A stretch of DNA of 56,338 bases, taken from contig CBDUVZ010000003.1 of the NCBI GenBank assembly GCA_965370805.1, positions 1-56,338 on the forward strand. The letters are read 5' to 3'. Numbering within the stretch: position 1 is the stretch's first letter; each line of letters opens with the position of its first letter. Below are positions 52,237 through 56,338 of the stretch, piece by piece. The position numbers and the translations under genes were made by a program. The notes beneath the pieces were generated by a model. The model saw nothing but the letters and a program-made list of their open reading frames with translations, was not told where the DNA came from and searched no databases. This DNA comes from an uncultured bacterium (GTDB lineage: Bacteria > Hydrothermota > Tepidihabitantia > Tepidihabitantales > Tepidihabitantaceae).

Positions 52237-55200
52237 ATGAGAGAAGAACCACAGATGGACACTGAAGGGGATGGCGAAAGCCGAATGACGAATGAGGAAA
52301 GGAAGACTGCCGCGGCGGCCTTGCCGCCTCGCAATGACGATTCCTCTCCTGGCGGCCATGGCGGTTATTCCATCGTGATTCATCACAAGCTCGCCCGGCA
52401 TATCCGCAGCCGGCTGGTAAACGACCTTGTCGCGCTCGGGCTTGTTGCGCTCGGGCTTGCCGGGTTCGGGGTCCTGGTTGTGGCCGCGGCGTTCTGGAGC
52501 GGCTGGGTGGTTGCGGTTCTTCTCGCACCGCTGTGCTGGCTTGCGTGGCGCCGGCTGCGCGTTCTGGGACTCGTATCCGTGGCCCGCGAAGTGGAGCGGG
52601 AATTCCCGGAGGTGGAAGGCCGGCTGCTAGCCGCGCTGCAACTGGCCGAGTACCGGCCGGGCAGCAGGGAAGGGTATTCCGCGGAACTGGTGGAAGCCGC
52701 AGTGGCCGACGTCGAGCAGGCCCTGCGACCACTGCATCTGGAGCGGTTGGTGCCGCGGAAGCGGATTCTCCAGGGCGCGGTCGCGGCGGTAGTCGGACTC
52801 GGGGTCCTGTTCGGATACATGCAACTGGCGTCCGCGCGCGCTCGGGTCGGGCTGCTCAACGGGTTCGCGGGGTCCCGGCTTGCGGTCGAGTTCATTGTCG
52901 AGCCGGGCGATACCGCGGTGCTTCCGGGAGAAGAAGTGACGCTGCGCTGCCGGGTCGAGCCGGCCGGGGTGTTCGGCCGGGTGATGCTGGAGAAGCTGGG
53001 AGCGGCAGGCACGAAGCGGGCGGTCCGGCTCGAAGACGGCCAGGGCGTTTCGGTCTTCCATCCGAAGCAGGGGTTCGCGTACCGGTTCCGGGTGCTTTCC
53101 CGCAGTTCGGAGGAGTTCCGGATCCGGGTAATCGAACCACTGGAGGCGGAGCGACTGGTCTTTTCCTACCGGTATCCGGAATACACCGGGCTCCCGGAGT
53201 ACCGGTCCACGAGCACCGATATCGTCGCGCTCAAAGGGACCGCGGTCGAATTCGAAGGCGAGGCGAATCAGCCCCTGGGAAGCGGCCGGTTGATCCTCGG
53301 CCGGGATACGACCGAAGTCGAAGCCGGCCCGGACCGGCGGTTCCGGGGTGAGTTCACGGTGACGGGCGACGGCGAGGGCCGGATCGAATTGACCGACGCC
53401 GGCGGCGGGGTCTTTCAACAGGTCGGCCTGGTCCGGGTGCGGTCCCTTCCCGATGAGTCGCCGCTGGTCCGGTTTCTGGTCCCGGGTCGGGATACGGACC
53501 TTCCGGCGAGTATGCAGGTGCTGCTGGGTTTGAGTTCGCTCGATGACTTCGGACTCGGCGGACTCTACCTCTACTACGGCAGGGACAGCATCGACCAGCG
53601 AATCCGAATCAAGGACCTCGGCGGCCGGCGCGAGGATACCACGCTGTACGCCTGGGACCTCGCCCGGTCCGGACTGCTGCCCGGGGACGTGATGCAGTAC
53701 TACGCGGCGGTTCTTGACAATGACGTAGTGAGCGGGCCGAAGATGGGCCGGACCCCGGTTTTCCAGGTTAGGTTCCCGACGATGGTCGAAATCTACAATG
53801 CTTCGGTGCAGCAGACCGAGCATACCGCGGAGGAACTCGCGCCGCTGATGGACCAGCAGGAGCGAATCAGCGAGGAGATGGCCCGTATCAGCGAGCAGAT
53901 GAAGCGGAGCGGGGACCTCTCGTGGGAGGAGCGGAAAGCGCTGGAGCAGGTTCTGTCCGAGCAGACCAACCTGGCGCAGGAGATTGCCGAACTGCGCGAA
54001 GACGTGAGCCGGATGATGGATGAGATGCTCCAGGGGATGACACTGGACGAGGAGACGATGGAGCGGATGGCGCAGTTGCAGGAACTCCTGTCGGAACTCC
54101 TGCCGCGGGAACTGCAGGAGTCGCTGGCCCGTCTGCGCGAGGAACTCGAACAGGGACCGGCCGAGTTGCGGGATGCGATTGAGCAGTTCGAACTCGACCA
54201 GGAGCAGCTCAAAGCCGGAATCGAGCAGGCGCTCGAAATGCTGGAGCGGGTGCTGGAGGAACAGCGGCTGGAGGAACTGGCACGCAAAGCGGAAGAACTC
54301 GCCGACGCGGAAGCGGAGATTCTCGAGCGGTTGGGCGCGGAAGAACCGGACGCGGCGGCGAAGCTCCAGGATGAAGTGAGCGCGGGGCTCGACAGCCTGC
54401 TTGCCGAGATGGAAGACCTTGCCGGGACGATGTCCGATTCCGCGACCGCGGATTCACTGGCCGAACTGGGCGAACAGGCGGAGCAGGACAGTCTTTCCCA
54501 GCTTGCCGATGAGGCGGGCGAGAAGATGCAGCAGGGCAAGAACCAGCAGGCGAAGAGTTCGGCCGGCAAGCTGCAGAAGAAACTCCAGCAACTGAGCGAG
54601 GACCTGAGTTCGCTTTCGATGGGTCTGAAGCGGAAGCGTTCGGATGAGACCGCCGAGGAGCTTGCCGCCGCGGCCGAGGAGCTGCTGATGATTTCGCGCG
54701 AGCAGGAGGAACTGGAAACCGGCGCTGACCGGGACGGCATCTCCGACCGGGCGGCGCGCGAGATGAGCCTGCACGACGCGACCGGGATTGTCGCCGAGAG
54801 CCTGGCTTCGCTTGCCGGCCGGTCGATGTCGGTTTCGGGTCGGCTGATCCAGGAACTGACGCGGTCGATGCGGGCGATGAAAGACGCGGCCGGGTCGATG
54901 GTCGAAAGCCGGACCCACGTCGCGCGGCGGCAGATGGCGACGGCGCGCGCGGGGCTGAACCGGACGGTCGCGATGCTTCTCAGCGCACTCGCCAGCGAGC
55001 GGCAGGGCGGCGGTTTCTCGGGCGGGATGGAGGCGCTGCTGCAACAGCTTTCGCAGATGAGCGGGGAGCAGATGGCAATCAACGCGGGAATGGGCGGGAT
55101 GCCGATACCACTGCCGGGCGGGATGAGCGACGCCCAGGTTCAGGCGCTGGGCGGATTGTTCTCCCGGCAGCAGGCCCTGCGCCAGAAGCTGGAGCAGATG

Positions 55201-55605
55201 CTGCAATCGCTGGGCGGTGAGACGCCCGGGCTTACTTCCAGCCTGGAGGGGCTGCTCGACGAGATGAAGGCGGTGGAGCAGGATATGGCGGAACTGAACG
55301 TCAGCCGCGACCTGGTGGAGCGGCAGGAGAGTATCCTTTCGCACCTGCTCGACACCCAGCGGAGCATCCAGCAGCGGGGTCGGAAGGAGCAGCGGGAGAG
55401 CGAAGGGGCCAAGCCGTTCCAGACCGGGACCAGCCCGCGGCTGCCGGAGGACATGGGCGAGCGGAACCGGATGCTGCGCGAGGAGCTGATGCGGTCCCTG
55501 AAGCAGAAGGGATTCGGCGATTACGAACAGATGATCCGGTTGTATTTCGAGCGCCTGCTGGCCCGGCCCGGCCCGGGCGCTGTCCGGCAGGACGAGCAGC
55601 CATGA
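52237..55605 (+). CDS. DUF4175-like membrane-anchored giant protein with long acidic coiled-coil C-terminal half
   Basis: Maximal ORF. The first ~45 codons lie in word repeats (cgaatgacgaatg), so the true start is probably the GTG at 52375 just before two TM helices. The C-terminal 600 aa are E/L/Q-rich heptad-like. Confidence 0.8.
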   Translation: MREEPQMDTEGDGESRMTNEERKTAAAALPPRNDDSSPGGHGGYSIVIHHKLARHIRSRLVNDLVALGLVALGLAGFGVLVVAAAFWSGWVVAVLLAPLCWLAWRRLRVLGLVSVAREVEREFPEVEGRLLAALQLAEYRPGSREGYSAELVEAAVADVEQALRPLHLERLVPRKRILQGAVAAVVGLGVLFGYMQLASARARVGLLNGFAGSRLAVEFIVEPGDTAVLPGEEVTLRCRVEPAGVFGRVMLEKLGAAGTKRAVRLEDGQGVSVFHPKQGFAYRFRVLSRSSEEFRIRVIEPLEAERLVFSYRYPEYTGLPEYRSTSTDIVALKGTAVEFEGEANQPLGSGRLILGRDTTEVEAGPDRRFRGEFTVTGDGEGRIELTDAGGGVFQQVGLVRVRSLPDESPLVRFLVPGRDTDLPASMQVLLGLSSLDDFGLGGLYLYYGRDSIDQRIRIKDLGGRREDTTLYAWDLARSGLLPGDVMQYYAAVLDNDVVSGPKMGRTPVFQVRFPTMVEIYNASVQQTEHTAEELAPLMDQQERISEEMARISEQMKRSGDLSWEERKALEQVLSEQTNLAQEIAELREDVSRMMDEMLQGMTLDEETMERMAQLQELLSELLPRELQESLARLREELEQGPAELRDAIEQFELDQEQLKAGIEQALEMLERVLEEQRLEELARKAEELADAEAEILERLGAEEPDAAAKLQDEVSAGLDSLLAEMEDLAGTMSDSATADSLAELGEQAEQDSLSQLADEAGEKMQQGKNQQAKSSAGKLQKKLQQLSEDLSSLSMGLKRKRSDETAEELAAAAEELLMISREQEELETGADRDGISDRAAREMSLHDATGIVAESLASLAGRSMSVSGRLIQELTRSMRAMKDAAGSMVESRTHVARRQMATARAGLNRTVAMLLSALASERQGGGFSGGMEALLQQLSQMSGEQMAINAGMGGMPIPLPGGMSDAQVQALGGLFSRQQALRQKLEQMLQSLGGETPGLTSSLEGLLDEMKAVEQDMAELNVSRDLVERQESILSHLLDTQRSIQQRGRKEQRESEGAKPFQTGTSPRLPEDMGERNRMLREELMRSLKQKGFGDYEQMIRLYFERLLARPGPGAVRQDEQP

Positions 55606-55635
55606 GTCGGACTGGCGCGGCGTGAGGTGCGGAAC

Positions 55636-56338
55636 GTGAAGCCGCTCCGGTTCGCTGCAATCCGGCTGATGCTGCCGCTGGTTTGCGTCCTTGCGGCTGC
55701 CGCCCCGGCCCAATCGGTCGGCACCGCCCGGATACTGGAGCAGGCGGGCCAGTTGCAGCGGGCACTGGATGAGTATCGACTGGCCCTTGACCGTAGCCCG
55801 CAGGACATGGAGGCATACCAGGGCTTCCGCCGCCTGAGCATCGCGTGCGAGGGATACGACAGCCTGATTGCGGTGAGCGAGCAACTGGCCGCGGCGAACC
55901 CGGCGGTGGCGGAATACCGGCTCGGCAGGATTGACGGGCTGTTCGGTCGGGACCGGCGGCGGGAGGCGCTGGCCGGCTGCCGCGAACTGGCCGTGAACCA
56001 GCCGGACCGGATTCCATTGCTGGCCGGGATGCTCGAGCACTGGCAGGAGTACGGCGAGGCGGTCGCGTTCCTCATCGAACTGCGGGCGAACCGGGGCGAT
56101 GAGCTGCTGCATGCGGAACGGCTGGTCGGACTGTACAGCCTTCTGGGCAGGCACGTTGACGCGGTCCGGGAGATTGTCCGCATCGTCAGCCGCAACCCGG
56201 ACGTGCTGGCCCGGCATCTTGACCGGCTCCGGGAAGCGGCCCGTCGGGTCCGCCGCCAGACCCTGCTTGCCGAACTGGGGAAAATCAGCGACCAGTGGGC
56301 CAGGGCGCGCGCGCAGGCCGAAGTCCACGTCGTCCTGG
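55636..56338 (+). CDS. TPR-like secreted protein, 3'-truncated by window end
   Basis: Not in the track (no stop). Hand translation from the GTG at 55636 (or 55627) gives VKPLRFAAIRLMLPLVCVLAAAAPAQS... followed by helical repeats (AGQLQRALDEYRLALDRSPQDMEAYQGF...). Confidence 0.6.
   Translation, partial: MKPLRFAAIRLMLPLVCVLAAAAPAQSVGTARILEQAGQLQRALDEYRLALDRSPQDMEAYQGFRRLSIACEGYDSLIAVSEQLAAANPAVAEYRLGRIDGLFGRDRRREALAGCRELAVNQPDRIPLLAGMLEHWQEYGEAVAFLIELRANRGDELLHAERLVGLYSLLGRHVDAVREIVRIVSRNPDVLARHLDRLREAARRVRRQTLLAELGKISDQWARARAQAEVHVVL

Overview
This is a visibly GC-rich chromosomal segment from an uncultivated bacterium. At least seven large secreted proteins end in T9SS/FlgD-Ig type C-terminal sorting domains (CTDs), which suggests an FCB-superphylum-like lineage; I cannot place it more precisely. 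No rRNA, tRNA, CRISPR array, transposase, integrase or reverse transcriptase was recognised.

Housekeeping backbone:
- pyrK-pyrD-pyrF-pyrE, with overlapping stop/start codons.
- MTH1187/YkoF-like protein, nifU/iscU and argS.
- ptsN and a universal stress protein.
- The origin-type cluster rpmH-rnpA-yidD-yidC-jag-mnmE on the minus strand, with no dnaA next to it.
- A TPR/OmpA (Pal-like) lipoprotein, a TonB-dependent receptor, and a DUF4175-like giant coiled-coil protein followed by a TPR protein.

Accessory content:
1. A run of beta-propeller and other T9SS cargo genes: Kelch+FN3-like+PQQ, LVIVD, PKD+PQQ, YVTN x2, a 48-aa-repeat propeller, a transglutaminase-like protein, an HExxH protease and a 971-aa unknown.
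2. A small decayed defence-like islet at 14.9-17.9 kb. Two remnants of a Type IIG/PglX-style methyltransferase tail bracket a WG-repeat lipoprotein and a PD-(D/E)xK nuclease with an unknown N-terminal domain. An intact hicBA pair follows.
3. A single-polypeptide beta-class N6/N4 DNA methyltransferase fused to an Mrr-like nuclease domain (41.6-43.4 kb).
4. A small-protein + DUF6036-like nucleotidyltransferase pair plus a wHTH protein (47.7-49.1 kb).
5. A second hic locus whose hicA carries an in-frame stop.

The least explained structure is non-genic:
- A genome-specific vocabulary of short 'word' repeats fills nearly every long intergenic spacer. Two intercistronic gaps carry it, and it also intrudes in frame into coding sequence.
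- A family of 12-nt-periodic tandem arrays occurs at four or more loci in different states of decay.
- A 19-24-nt box sits at three consecutive gene junctions.

I did not find a clear complete novel multi-gene system. The candidates above are ranked in the findings, with explicit tests.
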